DNA of 64,000 nt, taken from contig OX597826.1 of the NCBI GenBank assembly GCA_951406725.2, positions 36,766,001 through 36,830,000 of the forward strand, given 5' to 3'. The first letter of the stretch is position 1. The number at the start of each line of letters is the position of its first letter. Made by a program: the position numbers and the translations under genes. This document shows positions 28,080-42,760 of the stretch, one piece after another. The notes beneath the pieces are model-generated. The model was not told where the DNA came from, did no database searches, and saw nothing but the letters and a program-made list of their open reading frames with translations. Origin of the DNA: Octopus vulgaris. Lineage: Eukaryota.

Positions 28080-29269
28080 AGGGGTGCGTAAGATATTTGA
28101 GGACAGATTTATGTTCATAAAAAAACATATAATAACAGATAATAACTTTATCAAAAAAATGCAATGAGAATGAAAATAAATCTTTTCAGCTTGCTTCATC
28201 AGCTGCTTCTATATGAGATCTAAATCCTCTACATGCTCGAATCAAGTGAACCTAATTCCTTTTGCGCATTACTCTGACTATGGCCACTTTCAAAGAATGT
28301 TTGGTGCTTCAGGTGTGTTCATTGACCTCTCTCTCTCGACAACGCTCCACATGTCCAATAGATTGAGATCTGGGGAATTAGGAGACCAAATGCTAGGGGT
28401 TACGTGATCGTGAAAATTTTCAGCCATCCATTCCTGTTTTACTAGAGTCATGGGTGATAGTGCAGAGTCTTCTTGAAACACTTATAGCCTTTCTATCCAT
28501 ATACATTTTCTATCCAGGGCTTAACAATTACGTCCAGGACCTAAGGCCTTGTGGAAAGAAGTAAGGAAGCATCACATGTCTTTCATTGTTGAGAAACCCT
28601 AAAACCATGACAGTTGCAGGAAATGTTTTGCGCATAACACTTTAAATTTCAGAAGGATTTGCACATAACCATCTGTCGTTTCTTCTGTTAACGTTTTGAT
28701 CTTGGTCGAAGTTATTCTCGTTTGAGAAAAACCAAATCAAATCTTCTGCTGGATTTTTCAGTTTAAGAGCCTTTTAGATCTGATGTAATGATTTTGTTTG
28801 TCTTTCCTGACAGATTGACCTTTCCTTATCATATAAGACTTATATCTGTTGTCTTCATGGACATTTCTGATTGTTCCTTCTGACATATGGAGATCTTTTG
28901 CTATTGACCCCATGGACTTTCAGGGATTGTAATCAATGGTATGTTGAACTTGCTGGATAAATTCAAGTGTCCTGTTCAGAGCTTTTAGAATGCTTTTCAT
29001 GCTTTGATGCTGGTGATACGTTACCATCTTCAGTCTCTATCTCCTTGCAAACTTTGTAGACGAAATATCAGGAAACTTTTAAAAATCGAGATATTTCTAA
29101 ATCCCTATACTCAACATTTATAACCACAATAACAGCATGCCTCTTCATTTCTTGAGTAAGCTGAGGGTATGCCATTATTATTTTCTGAAACAAAGTTTAT
29201 ACAGGGTTAGGAAAATATGCAGCAATGACTCCCAAAAAGGTATGTCCTCAAATACCTTACGGTACCCTG
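28080..29269 (-). mobile_element. Fossil Tc1/mariner-superfamily DNA transposon, probably DD37D (maT) type, with a broken transposase
   Basis: Minus-strand peptides include WFFSNENNFDQDQNVNRRNDRWLC, FPATVMVLG..N.RHVMLPYFFPQG, FQEDSA and IWSPNSPDLNLLD. Imperfect TIRs: GGGGTGCGTAAGATATTTGAGGACA at about 28081 versus CAGGGTACCGTAAGGTATTTGAGGACA (reverse complement, ending 29269) next to TA. Multiple stops and frameshifts. Confidence 0.88.
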
Positions 29270-29308
<39 letters not shown>

Positions 29309-29343
29309 ATGTGTGTGTGTGTGTGTGTTTATATATATATGTG

Positions 29344-29412
<69 letters not shown>

Positions 29413-29463
29413 TTATATATATATATGTATATGTATATGTATATATGTATATATATTTATGTA

Positions 29464-29504
<41 letters not shown>

Positions 29505-29784
29505 TCACAGAGAAAAGCGTCATCCAATACGCTATTATCTCTTAACTTATCTTAATATCTATTGGTTTACTTAAGTATATTTCATGTTTCATTTATTATG
29601 TTCCACTCACTTCCTTAAAGAATTGCTGGTTTTCTGTCTAAATCAGAAATAGTTAATTTTGTACAAAATGGTGAAATAAGCTGACATCCATTACTCGCAA
29701 ATTATCTTGTAGTTATAACCCGTCTTAGTTTATATGTCCAGTACTGAGTACGTATCAGGAACAAGACACACGTAAACTAAAGTT

Positions 29785-30010
29785 GTCTTCTTGAATCATA
29801 CTGACTTACAGGGGCCGGTGTCCCGGTTTCATGACGTATAAATTCTCCACCTGGATGGGGCGGCGGTCCCTCATAGGATTGCTAATTTTTGCCATCTGAG
29901 CAGACTGAAGCAACGTGAAATGAAGTGTCTAGCTCAAGAACACAACGCGTTGCTCGGTCTTTGAATTGAAACCACAACCTAACGATCATGAGTCTTGCAC
30001 CCTGACCTCC
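29785..30010 (-). mobile_element. SINE family C variant
   Basis: GCAACGTGAAATGAAGTGTCTAGCTCAAGAACACAACGC...ACGATCATGAGT is shared with 50743-50830. Confidence 0.7.
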
Positions 30011-30649
30011 ACGAATAAGACACATGAAGAATGACGACTGGAGATACAAATCTGCTGCAATATGGTATTTTAAATTTTAGGTAAGAAATATTTAATCTCT
30101 AAAGTTGAAGCTAATTATTAGCTTATTAACAAGTAATCTCAAATATTTAAACATTTAATCAATTTTTCAGTTTTCTTCTACTGTAACATTTCCACTACAC
30201 AATTAAACAGCAGTCTACATACTTTTAGTATATGTAAGCATCAATTTCATGTTTCCATACTTAAAGAAATCACCTCCAGCACATCTTGGCCTATCATGCA
30301 TGGGAAGCATGAAATCATAATTAGCTTCTTAATTACGGAATGCTTTTATTAATTATTCCACAAGCAAGTTGTTATGCGTATCTTTTATATGAAATTCAAC
30401 CAAGCCTTATATTTTTTAAATAAGTATCAAAATTAAATTGCATTTCAATAGTTCTCTGCAACTGAGATATTTTCTCCACAGCAATGGAAGAACGTCTGAG
30501 AAATTTTCTATCTCAAGTGAAAATTCACTGAAACAGACGACATCTTGCTATCTGTTTCAATGCTTGTCGTAGAAATATTTTTTTCATAGCATACTCTCAC
30601 ATGTTATAAGCTGTCAAAATTATGCGTGGTATGCAATAAATAGAATATC

Positions 30650-30825
30650 TGTTAGAACGTCGGAAAATATGTAGTAGTATTTCCTCAGGTTCTGAGTTCA
30701 AATCTCAGGCAGACTAACTTTGCCTTTCATCCTTTCGGAATGACTAAAATAAAATACCAGTCAAGTAGTGGGGATGATAGTATCAAGGATACTTCCCTCT
30801 GGAAAATTGCTGGCAATGTGCCTAA
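30650..30825 (+). mobile_element. SINE family B (diverged)
   Basis: CTGAGTTCAAATC...ACTTTGCCTTTCATCCTTTCGG...AATACCAG. Confidence 0.65.
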
Positions 30826-32820
30826 ATGATGATGATGATCCTCCTCATCCACATCATCATCATCATCATCATCTCCGTCTCGTCATAATCATTATCATCA
30901 TCGCCGTCATCGTTGCCAACATCACCACCATCATCTCTCTTCCCTTCCTCCTCCTCCTCCTCCTCCTCCTCACCATCATCAGTTTCAGTTATAATCACCA
31001 CTATTACTATCATTATTATTATCCTCATCCTCACCATTTTTAATTCTTCTGTACATCATAGATCTTAAAGACCGGAATGGCAACTGACTGTCACTGCAGT
31101 CTCAAGATTTCACGCAGTAAGTATTCATCTCGAAATATATGTGCTTTCAGGCAATCCTGATTGGTGAGCTGAGTTTGTAATGGATTTTCTTGTCGTCATT
31201 AACGAGATTTCAGCCTTTTGTGGGTGAAGGTTGATTCACTATCCCCATTATGCCTAGTTTTTCTCTAAAACATTAATATTTTGACCTCTAGTTCTTAATA
31301 TTGCCAATTTCAAGAAATCCCATTTTGCCACATGCCAAATTATTTCATCGAACGTTGAAAATTGCTGAAAATAAGTAAAGTATCTAATTCCATCACACAC
31401 GCATGTCAATAGCAAGGTTTATACATTTATTCTATCATAACAAATGTCTTTATACGAAAATGGAGCTAAGATGGAAAATGGGAAGCAAGAGTTTAACTTT
31501 GTTTTAGCTGATGCCTCATATTTCGGTTTTTGTAATCAAGTAAGGTGTCCCTTGAGAAAGGTAAGTTGTTTCTACCAAGCAGTTGACAAAACTTCATATC
31601 AAGAATTATAGGAAGTTAAAAAACAAATGCTTCGCCATTCCTTGCTTATTTGTTAACTTAGTAATTACTTTCAATCCATTCCGGAGTACAAAACTGAATG
31701 AAAAAAGCTGTTAAGATATTAATTAATTGTTGACTTTAAGAATAATGCAAAGCAATTCACGCAAACAAGATATAGTAACCAAGTTAGATTTATGCAGGTA
31801 AGTTGTTTTTCTACTTATTCCCAAATTGTAAGTTCAATCTGCATTAATGCAACTGTGATGTCACAGCCTTTTGGCAGGTAACTCTACTTACAACAATTTG
31901 CTGGCTAACAAACTAGTTATACACCAATTTTACATTTCCCGACTGGGGACTGAAAGTACGTAATTTGTGATAAAACTATTATGGCAATGTAAATTTCTAG
32001 ATAAATGGACGCACACTCATACACAGATCTACACAAAAAAAATGATAAAACATGGAAAAATGGAATACTAGAAGTATTACGAAGGTAAATATGAAAACTC
32101 AGCATTCTCAGAAACCATTTGCAGACTGTTCATCAAAGAGGCAATTTATCTTTAAAAATCGATTTTGATTATTAAAACATTCGGAAATATATACCAAGAC
32201 ATTTATCTTAAATTAAAAATAACTAAATTAATAAACAAAAAGATATTCATTTTCAATTTATTTATTGTCTTGTATATATTCTACCTTGTAGGAATATTAA
32301 TTACAAAACACACATACATGTTGACTTTTATTGAATAAAATAGGTTTATCTCTGATTAATCAATCTTGCAGTACAAAACTAGGTGAATGTGTTCTTCAGT
32401 GTGACACAACATGTTTCTATTACAAAACAGATAACATTCAAAATTTAATAACATTTCCAGCTTCACACTAATATCCCAATAAGTAGAATATTCCCCACAA
32501 ACGGATGTTCTTCATTTTCAATTTGAATCAATGAAACTAAAATAAAATGTAGTGTATATAAAATACACTGTATACAGTGTGGCTTGTTAGAATGTACAAT
32601 TGATGATGTCTAATAGGAAGACGAAGTGTCATGGTGATTTTAAACCATCTGTCTTTACATTAAACGTATTAAGGAATTGTTTGCAGTTGTCACAATACAT
32701 GGTCTTGGCATAAAATCATGCTATGTTCCGTAGTAGATTATAGCTACAATACTAAACACCGTTATACATATGTATAGCTATCTATATCTATATATGTGTG
32801 AATACACACACACATATATA

Positions 32821-32914
<94 letters not shown>

Positions 32915-35010
32915 TGTGTGTGTGTGTATATATTTGTGTGTGTGTGTAAATGGCATGTATCATTGTCAAAACTGATTAAGGGGCACGAAGGAATGCAGAA
33001 CCCTTCTTGCATTAACTCTGTGTATGAAACTGAAGTCATTTTGATATAATCTTTGCTTTGTATACACCCAATAGATTAAGTACCAGTAAGATTAGACATG
33101 TGAAAGCACATGGTTTAGTTGTTACGGACATAGGTTAGGCTGGGTTACGAATGGTTAGGCTGGGTGTTTGATTCTCGGATCTACCAGCACATGGTTCCCT
33201 TGACTTAATTTTTATTGTGCCAGTACACTTCACTGAAAATAAGTACTAATCATACCTGGATGGAGTTTCCTATGATGGACTGGCTTTCAATGCAGACGTA
33301 AGGGATTCTCTTGCTCTCAGCCTAAATGCCTTGAAAATTCCAATAAGTTTTGGCGCAACGAGTCTGTAAGCATGACGCAAATATAAAAATATCATTAGAT
33401 CTATTTAATCCATTTTACACTTTTCCACACGAAAAATAGATTCGTCCCCAGTGAAAATAATTGAATATACTTCACCTGCTCTAAAAGGGGTCACAAGAAT
33501 ATCCAAAGATTCCAAAATGTGAATTGGTATCAGAAAGTTTAAATTGATAGTCTGCTTTTAATGTGATGTTGTATTCTTGGAAAGATAGCACCGAGTTCCA
33601 TATATCTTACATAAAATATACACGCCAGCCTATCTTTGAGAGAACAGCATAGCATGAAAATGGCATTTATGCCGTTCATGTAGAAAATGGTGTGAAAACG
33701 AAAGATAATTACCTGCTCTGAAATCCATTAGAACTCATAAAAAGGAATGATTAAATAAACATTTTATTCAGTTTATCAACTCTAGACGTATGGAATATAA
33801 ATCTAACTCTTTTAGTATTCAAACCCAGATGCATGAAAACCCCGAATATAAAATACACAGTATGGCTCATAGTTTCTTTCTTACTTATTTTTGCCGTTTC
33901 GCGTTTTTATAACAAATAAAAGAGAAACAAAAACAGGAGTCAACATCATAGATCAATTTAGATGATTTTACTTAAATACTGACATAGAAAGCATTTCAAA
34001 GACTTCAACAGTGTTTGCTCAATTTTGTTTTACGTATTTAATAAAAAATAAAAAATCCTTAAAGCTTCTTACTATGTCCAGTTCAATTCCACCGGCACAA
34101 AAAGAATATAAAACAAAATAATAACCATAAAAAAGAAACATAAATGTGTCATGTCTTAACAAATGTTAGTAACATGCAATCAGAGATATCTATATTGTAG
34201 CATAGATGCATTGATTTTCGTACATGTCACATTTAAGCATAGCTGAAAGCTCTGGTCTCAGAGATGTGATTAGATGCATGTCTGTTGGTTCAGTATGTCT
34301 GCGCATTCATCAATCTATTTATTACAGTAAGCATCGAAAGATGTGCTCAAGTTTGCTCAACTGGTTGATTTCCTTATTTACATCAATAATTGTTAGTCAG
34401 TCTCCTTTACGTATCTCGATTCTATTTTAAGTGATATTTGCAAATTGCCGATTCAATCAGGCTCTCTTTCAATTGATAGCAACGCAGGAGATGAATTGTA
34501 AAATGCCGCTTCCTCTGCTTTAATGCATGATTTCATGTAGCAATCAACAGATTGTTACAAAGACTTTGCGTTATTCAACAAAATATCTGTGTGGATGTCG
34601 TAGTGTGTGTGTTTGCGTTTATATAGTATGTGTTCATAATTTTGTATAAGTATGTACTTGCATATGTATACGTATGCATTTATAGAAATACCACACACTC
34701 ACACACACACAATACAAATATCGGTATATCTATCTCTCCTTTTAACTATTTATTTCTCACTCATTTTCTCACTCTTTCACTATATCCCTCACTTTCTCTT
34801 TCGCTTTCTCCCCCTCTCTCTCTATATATATATATATACATACACACATACATATATGCAAAAGTATAATATCTCTGCTCATACGCATTACGTACGCTTA
34901 CTGTACACATACATCAACACAGATAAAAGAAGCCATGTATGCACACATATACAACATCTTTATATGTATATATATATATCTAATGATAGATAAATATACG
35001 TATGTATATA

Positions 35011-35063
<53 letters not shown>

Positions 35064-35313
35064 GTGTTGTGTGTGCATGCATGTGTGTGTGTGTAAATAT
35101 AGTGATAGGTGTGTACAAATATAAATACACAAACACGCGCACACACACGTATATATGTATGTCTGTATGTAAATATACTTATATACATATACGAGTGTGA
35201 AAAACTATGTGCAAGTGGTACCGAATACACGTTTTTATATATATTGATGTTTTATAATGTAAATGTACACACATGCACACACGCACAGAAGTACATATGG
35301 CGATGAACATAAG

Positions 35314-35373
<60 letters not shown>

Positions 35374-35398
35374 CATATATATGTGTATATATATATAC

Positions 35399-35494
<96 letters not shown>

Positions 35495-35715
35495 ACATAC
35501 ATACATATATTTTCTTTTCGAAACTAGATACATACGTAGAATTGTTTATACATCTGTTTAAGTATATATAAAAAGAATATGTAGAAACGTGAAGGAATAT
35601 ACATATACTATAATCATATACATTGTTTCAAAGTTTCTATTAAAATTATGATGCATAACAACATATACATACATGCATACATACATATACATATATATGT
35701 ATATGTATGTATGTA

Positions 35716-35794
<79 letters not shown>

Positions 35795-36187
35795 CTGCGT
35801 GTATGTAAATAAACATATATATTGTATGTAGAAGAGAAGATTAAAAAAATGGTAGATAGTTCCGTTCCTCAATAAATAAATATATAAATGTAAATAAAAG
35901 ACATCGCCCAAACCGTTAAGTAGGAAATCAATAACTGTGTGATAAATGGTGAAATAATTCATATTATTACAAAAGTTGTCACAGGCTAGTTGGTATTCCA
36001 TAGAAACGGTGTTTATTTAATGATATATATGTGTGTGTGTGTATGCGTGTGTGCGTGTGTGTATTTCACACACTCTTCGGCGCACACACAGACATGAAGT
36101 GTTATCTCTTTTAAAATAATATGTGGTTAAAAAAACAACAAATTATAAAGAGATTTCACATCAAATATCTTCTGACCAACAACTCAT

Positions 36188-36263
<76 letters not shown>

Positions 36264-36447
36264 GAACATACATACAGGACAGACAAATAGACATATATAT
36301 ATATATATATACATACACATTGTAGCAAACTCTTAATCACTGCAGGTTCTGTTAGCTACTGTAGTGGGTGTCCATCTAAAGCACACCAGTATACATATGC
36401 CTTCGTTAGGGCTTGATTACCTCAACGAGCAGATACATAACACTTGC

Positions 36448-37663
36448 ATTGTGTATTTAGACTTTTTTACAGTAGATTTGTTTATATTTGTGTCGCCTCA
36501 CACTTACATAATAAGGCCTTGCATCATTTGTAACATGACTTTGCTTTCTGATTTCTTAAATAGTGGACATAAACGGTCACCTATTTTAACACCATCCCTT
36601 AGAATGCCTGAATTTTGCATAGTTCAGATGTGTGGTTGGCGCACAACTTCTTTAATTCTTCTCATTAGTCTTGGAGGAAATGAAAACTTGTGTCTTTGGC
36701 ACTGTCGCACTAATTAATTATTAAAACTAAGCAAAAATCAAACATGGAAGGAAACATATTTATTCCAACTGTTTATATCTCCTGTTACTCAGTCGTACAA
36801 TTTAAAATAGGTGTGTAAACTGTTTGCCAGACAGCAAATAGAAGTGAAGTGAATCATTTTTCAAAGACATATAACATAGTTGCTGCAGATGTAGGGTTTC
36901 AAATTAGGATCCTGAAATAAGCAGAGTGTCACAATTCGGATCTGGTTACACACACACATATATGTAGTCATTTATTTTTGCTTTATTCTTGATGAATATA
37001 ATTAATGCATTAACATTCCTGTATATTTAGTTTGGAACTCTCTATCAAGAATTTGGGGAAGCTGTGTTGAGGAAACAACTTCCTAATTCTATTCGGCCCC
37101 TCAATTGGATACACATGAAACAGAAGCTTGAACTAATGAGAACCTCTACTAGTCTCGAAAGGCCTAGAAATTGGTCTTCAACTCACTAGCACATTGAAAA
37201 AAATTAAGAATATTAGAAAATATTGAACAAATGTTGAGAACATTACTTCTCCAGTTGTGTTCATTGGCACGGAGTTAATTTTCTTTTGCCTGAAATTCTA
37301 ACATGACATCCCAAACCCGTTGGGTTGATAAGTCGGTTCAGTAAACTGGGAGAAGTAACATTTCTTTACGTGAATTACTTGTCTAGAGACTCAAGATAAT
37401 ATTTGTAGAATAGGAACTCAGAACCCACCAAAATAGTGTGTATATGTGTGTGTGTACATGTGTGTGTGTGTACATATGTGTATTTTTGTATTATATGCGT
37501 ATATGTGTGTATGTGTATATACGTGCGTGCATTATATCTGTGCGTGTTTGTGTATGTATGTATATAAATGATAATTTCTGAGAGCATATGCAGAAAATTA
37601 TGCAAGTGTGAGGCGTCACAAATATAAACAAATCTACTGTAAAAAAAAGTCTAAATACACAAT
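36448..37663. repeat. Dispersed inverted repeat pair, about 65 nt, 1.1 kb apart
   Basis: 36448-36512 versus 37597-37663 differ by two substitutions and in homopolymer length. Confidence 0.85.
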
Positions 37664-38827
37664 CAATCCGGTAATTAAAGATAATGAGTGCCATTTAGGG
37701 TTTAGCTAACTATTAATATTTGTTGACCTCAGAGGTCAAGAAAGAAATATCAAACTAAAACACAAAATAGAAACAAAAGATGACAAACAAGATATATTTA
37801 ATCATATTTAATGAAATTCAATTATCGTAAATTGATTTAGACATCTGTTAATTAATTTCCAGTGTGTTTTATAATGACAAGATGTCTCCTGGTGAGCTGT
37901 ACTTGTAATCTGGTTTCAATTCCTGATTAAACCAATATTATTTCTCTTATATAACGTTACTCTTGAGGAAGACAGAAACATCTTGCATCTATAATACCCA
38001 TTCATCGCATATATATAAATATGAAGCTTTATTTAAAAGAAATCAATATTGGCTAATTAAAATTTCAAATCTAAGGATAGACATCTGAACTGGAAATATA
38101 GACTTTTTTAAATGTTTTGTTCAGAAATTTTGTATGTATATTTTTTTTCTTTTTTCTAATTTTAAAATTTATGAAATCACTATTTTTCTGTCTGATCCCA
38201 TCTTTAAAATAAGTTTAACTTTATTTTTGTTTTGTTTTGTTCAAAATATCGGAATAACAAAATAGAAATATTTTTTAGAATATTAATTAGTTTCAGTATC
38301 TATGATGTAATGTTAACAATCAAACAATTTTTATCTGACAAATTATAACATAACACGATAACCAACGTTTTCCTTTACCAGAATTAGTCTTCTCAACATC
38401 AAAACAATTTTCATACAAGTGATGGATATTAAATTGAAGTAATTAAGTTTGTCTTTGTTTTAATGATTTTTTCATACCATCCCACCTATTCCCCATATCT
38501 ACCCATATTTTATTGCCTATACCAGCCAATATTGTAGTGTCTGTAGCATCCAGTATTTTATTTTCTCTACCACCATATAGTTATAATTCATGTTATTCGA
38601 TATTGGCATTGCTCATACCATTTCACACTGTATTGATTATGACATCCTATATTATTTCTCATCTCATCCTTTATGGCTATAAACGTACCACACTATATAT
38701 TCTATACCACTAAATATCTTATTTTTCCCTACCACCTTATATTGATAGCGCTGTATTGTAAATACCATTCTATATTGTATTCTCTCTACCACTCTATATT
38801 TCATATTAGGAGTTGAGCAAATATTGG

Positions 38828-39033
38828 TTTCAAATTTAAACACAAGACCGGAAATTTCAGAGAAAGGAATAAGTCGAATACATCACCTCCAGTGCTCAAC
38901 TGGTATTTATTTTATCGATTCCCAAAAGGGATGAAAGGTAAAGTCGAGCTCGGCGGAATTTCAATTCAGAAAGTCGGACGAAACGCTAAGAAACACTTTG
39001 CCCGGCGTGCTAGCGATTCTGCTAACTCACCTC
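38828..39033 (-). mobile_element. SINE family B
   Basis: Aligns with 39162-39395. Confidence 0.8.
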
Positions 39034-39161
39034 CTCACAGTTTATATTCTTTTCTTTTCTACTCTAGGCACAAGGCCCGCGTCAGAGTTTATATTAAAAC
39101 ACGATACTCATTGCTGCAATTCAATTGTATTCACTCTACCAATGTCTGTGTATGCCACGCA

Positions 39162-39395
39162 TCTATTTCTTTACTACCCACAAGGGGCTAAACACAGAGG
39201 GGACAAATAAGGACAGACAAACGGATTAAGTCGATTACATCGATCCCAGTGCGTAGCTGGTACTTAATTTATCGACCCCGAAAGGATGAAAGGCAAAGTC
39301 GACCTCGGTGGAATTTGAACTCAGAACGTAACGGCAGACGAAATACGGCTACGCATTTTGCCCGGCGTGCTAACGTTTCTGCCAGCTCGCCGCCT
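39162..39395 (-). mobile_element. SINE family B, best-preserved copy
   Basis: Minus strand reads GGCGGCGAGCTGGCAGAAACGTTAGCACGCCGGGC...GAGTTCAAATTCC (B-box-like)...GACTTTGCCTTTCATCCTTTCGGGGTCGATAAATTAAGTACCAG. Confidence 0.88.
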
Positions 39396-40959
39396 TCAAA
39401 TACGGCGTGTGTATACCACACATCGGTGTCCCACACTCCAAATTCTCATCTGTTTCTCTAATTTAATGGTCTATTTAATGTCTCTTCTCACCTTCTTCCT
39501 TTTCAAATTACTCTTGTTATCCAACCCAACCTCACCATTTCATGTCACGTGTCAAACAATTAGACAAAATATTGCTCCATGTTGATAAACGTTTTCTGCT
39601 GTGTAGTGTCTTTTTTCAAAATCTTTACATTTTTCAATGTAACTCTCAACAGCTACTAAACGTAGACATAACCCATTCAATGTAGCCGTAAACAAATGTT
39701 ATAAGTAAGATTAAGGGCCAAGACAATCTTTTATGTGACAATAAACGATTGTGACATCTCACTACCCTAAACAGCGACATCAGAACACTATTGAAGAGCA
39801 ATTTATTAGATTGAAGTAATGAAGTCAAATCCACTCATGCCCCATGGCCGTAAAAAGGGGTTCTCCTTTTATTACAATCATCTCTACCTCATTCAATCTA
39901 GGGTGGATTTAGTACAAACGAGCAAAATCTATACAGCAGCGAAGCAGATGATTGAGAGGCTTACTAAAGCAAATGCTTCAAACTTTAAATTCCGAGTTTA
40001 AATCTTAGCGAGGTAAAATCTAGTTTCCATCCTTCTGAGATCGATATAACATACCAGTTTAGGGCGGTGTATTGATAGAATTCAAGAATTGTCTTGCGGG
40101 GTTTGTTAGTCATTACGTTCCGAATTGTCTTGTAATAATAATGGTGTCAAGTTGTGCTGGCCCTTTACATTCCCCTTGCATAAAACTAAAGGATTTAATG
40201 CATGGGTACCTCCGCGTTTCAACAGAAAACTTTGCTTAAATCAAATCACTGGAGTAGAACTTTCGAGTATAAACACACAGTCTACCTTGACTATAACTAG
40301 AGGTTTTGGATACATATAAAAACAAAAACTTCAAAATTACCCTGCAGTGGATTTTCGACAATCTAGTCTCATTTCACAAAGCTAGATTAGCATAACTGCT
40401 TTTGTGAACAGCAAGAAGTTTTCGTTTTGTAAAGGTTTGTAAAGAAAGGCCATATGCATGAAACTTGGGCGTGATTTGTGATGTGGTTCGGTAGTGAATC
40501 ATGGACAATGTAGAAGATATGTAGAAGCTGGAAAAGTAATAGATTTAGTATGATGCATTGGATACGTACAGTTAAATTAGAAGTAGAGTATGTGTGAGCT
40601 GGGAGAATGATTGTATATAAGAAACATCACTCAAATTGGGCAGGTGAAATAACTGTAGTGGTAAGAAACTGATACAGGTGGACGAGTTGCGATGGGAGTA
40701 AATATGTGTGTGTCCGTGCGTGCGTGCGTGTGGTTGAGGAAGGACAACTGTAGATGAGAGAGATTGAAGAAATAGAAGGAAAAATGGGGAAGATATGGTA
40801 AGGTCTGATATAAGATGATAAGCGTCACAGGAGGGATAATTAAGGATCAATATGATTGATAACATGTCGTATGTCAAACATGTTCAAACTATGCCAGCTC
40901 AGGGAAAATTGATGTTAACATATTTATGAAGGCAACAGTGATGGTGGAGGGGAATAAGT

Positions 40960-41026
<67 letters not shown>

Positions 41027-41047
41027 ATACATACATACATACATACA

Positions 41048-41082
<35 letters not shown>

Positions 41083-42514
41083 GCATGCGTCCAGAGATAA
41101 ATACATAAACACATTTATGTAAACATACATGAATACATGTACATTTAATTACCGTGAGTGCATTCTTTGATGTTTATACAAGCATTCGCCGTATGGATAT
41201 ATATATATATATATACACATATATGTGTAGATAAATGTGTACGTGTATGTATATAACTACAATTACACAATCAAACGCACTCATACAGAGCAAATGGACA
41301 TACACACAAATAAATGTATAGAAACACATGCAACCATAAAAAGACACACCCATTATAACACCAAACAATAGTCGCCATATTGGATAGTGAAACAAGGTTT
41401 GAAAACTTCTGATAAATTATTGTTCAGGTAAATTTTGCTGCATCACAAAAGGTAATTTTCCACTCTGGATTCAGAGAATATTTCAGCTAAATCGGATGAG
41501 TGTCCTTAGAATTCGTCTTAGAAGTAAACATTGAATACTGTGTAACTCTGTTCTTGTTTCCTTACACCCTTTTTTCACACACATGCACTCACACATACAT
41601 ACACACATATACATACACGAACATACATACACACATACACGCTGTCTCTTAGTCTTACTAATTTAAAAAGAAAATTATCTAAAAGATATTGCTCGACTAT
41701 AATAAACAGTAATTCATTCATTCGTTGGTTATTGTCCTATTAGTTTTACAGTAGACTGACAAGCAAAATCATATAGAAACAGGTAGTTTATGGCTATAGG
41801 ATAAATATGAGATATTAAGCATTAAATCAACAAACATTTTTAATCAGTTGATTATGAGATTTAAAGAATAAAACGGAATGATATTCATACGCTCTGCTCT
41901 CTCTTCCAAGAAATAAAATATGAAACAATAAACGCTAATTTTACATTAAACTGTTTCCCCCCCAAAATTGTCTGCATAATATTGAAATGCGAAAGCAACT
42001 ACCGAGTTGTTTAACACATAATTCACCAAGGAAATTCATCTAATGGGACACTTTTGGACACAAGAGTAAAACTGAATCAAAGAAAGATTGACCACGTTAT
42101 CCTTTGATCAACTGCGCTAGAATTTGCAGTGATACTACAACACAAACCACAACTCATAATCAGTTAAAAGGAAAAGATATTCAGTAAAAGAAGGAGTTCG
42201 CATGACTAGAATTCACTGAACATAGGTCTACTCGATCCCCATTAACCTGGACTGAAGAAGTTAAAAGCAATAAAATTAAATGTTCGATCACACATTTATA
42301 ATATATTCTACCAGAATTTAAAATTAGTCAGCTCTAAATGAGTCGGCGTACTCAAAAATTGTAAAAATGGGACTTACTAAAACAAACCAAAGAAAAGTCA
42401 GGTGTGAATAATATCAATTTGGCTTTCCGTATTCTGTGATGAATCTACATTAAGTATGATACGCAGATTGCTATTTTAGAGTAGTATTGCTTCTGTTGCA
42501 CCTAATGAATATAT

Positions 42515-42760
42515 ATTTGTGTGTGTGTGAGTGTGTGAGTGTGTATCTATGTCTGTGTTTGTCTCCCCCATCACTTCATAATCGGTGTTGGTTTATTTAC
42601 GTCACTATGATCTAGCTATTCGAGAAAAAGGAGCAATAGAGTAAGTAGCAGACTTAAAAAATAATTAATACTAAGGTCCGTTATTCGATTATTCTCTTAA
42701 ACGCGGTGCCTCGGCATGGCCGCAATCCAATGACTGAAACTGGTATAAAAAAAAATAGAA
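42515..42760 (+). mobile_element. SINE family A, 3' half (diverged)
   Basis: GGTGTTGGTTTATTTACGTC...GCATGGCCGCAATCCAATGACTGAAAC. Confidence 0.7.

Noticed and set aside
30066-31805. AG|GTAAG motifs (about 30080, 31560, 31797) as recursive splice sites
   Set aside because: A few such 7-mers are expected by chance in 64 kb of AT-rich DNA, and there is no transcript evidence.
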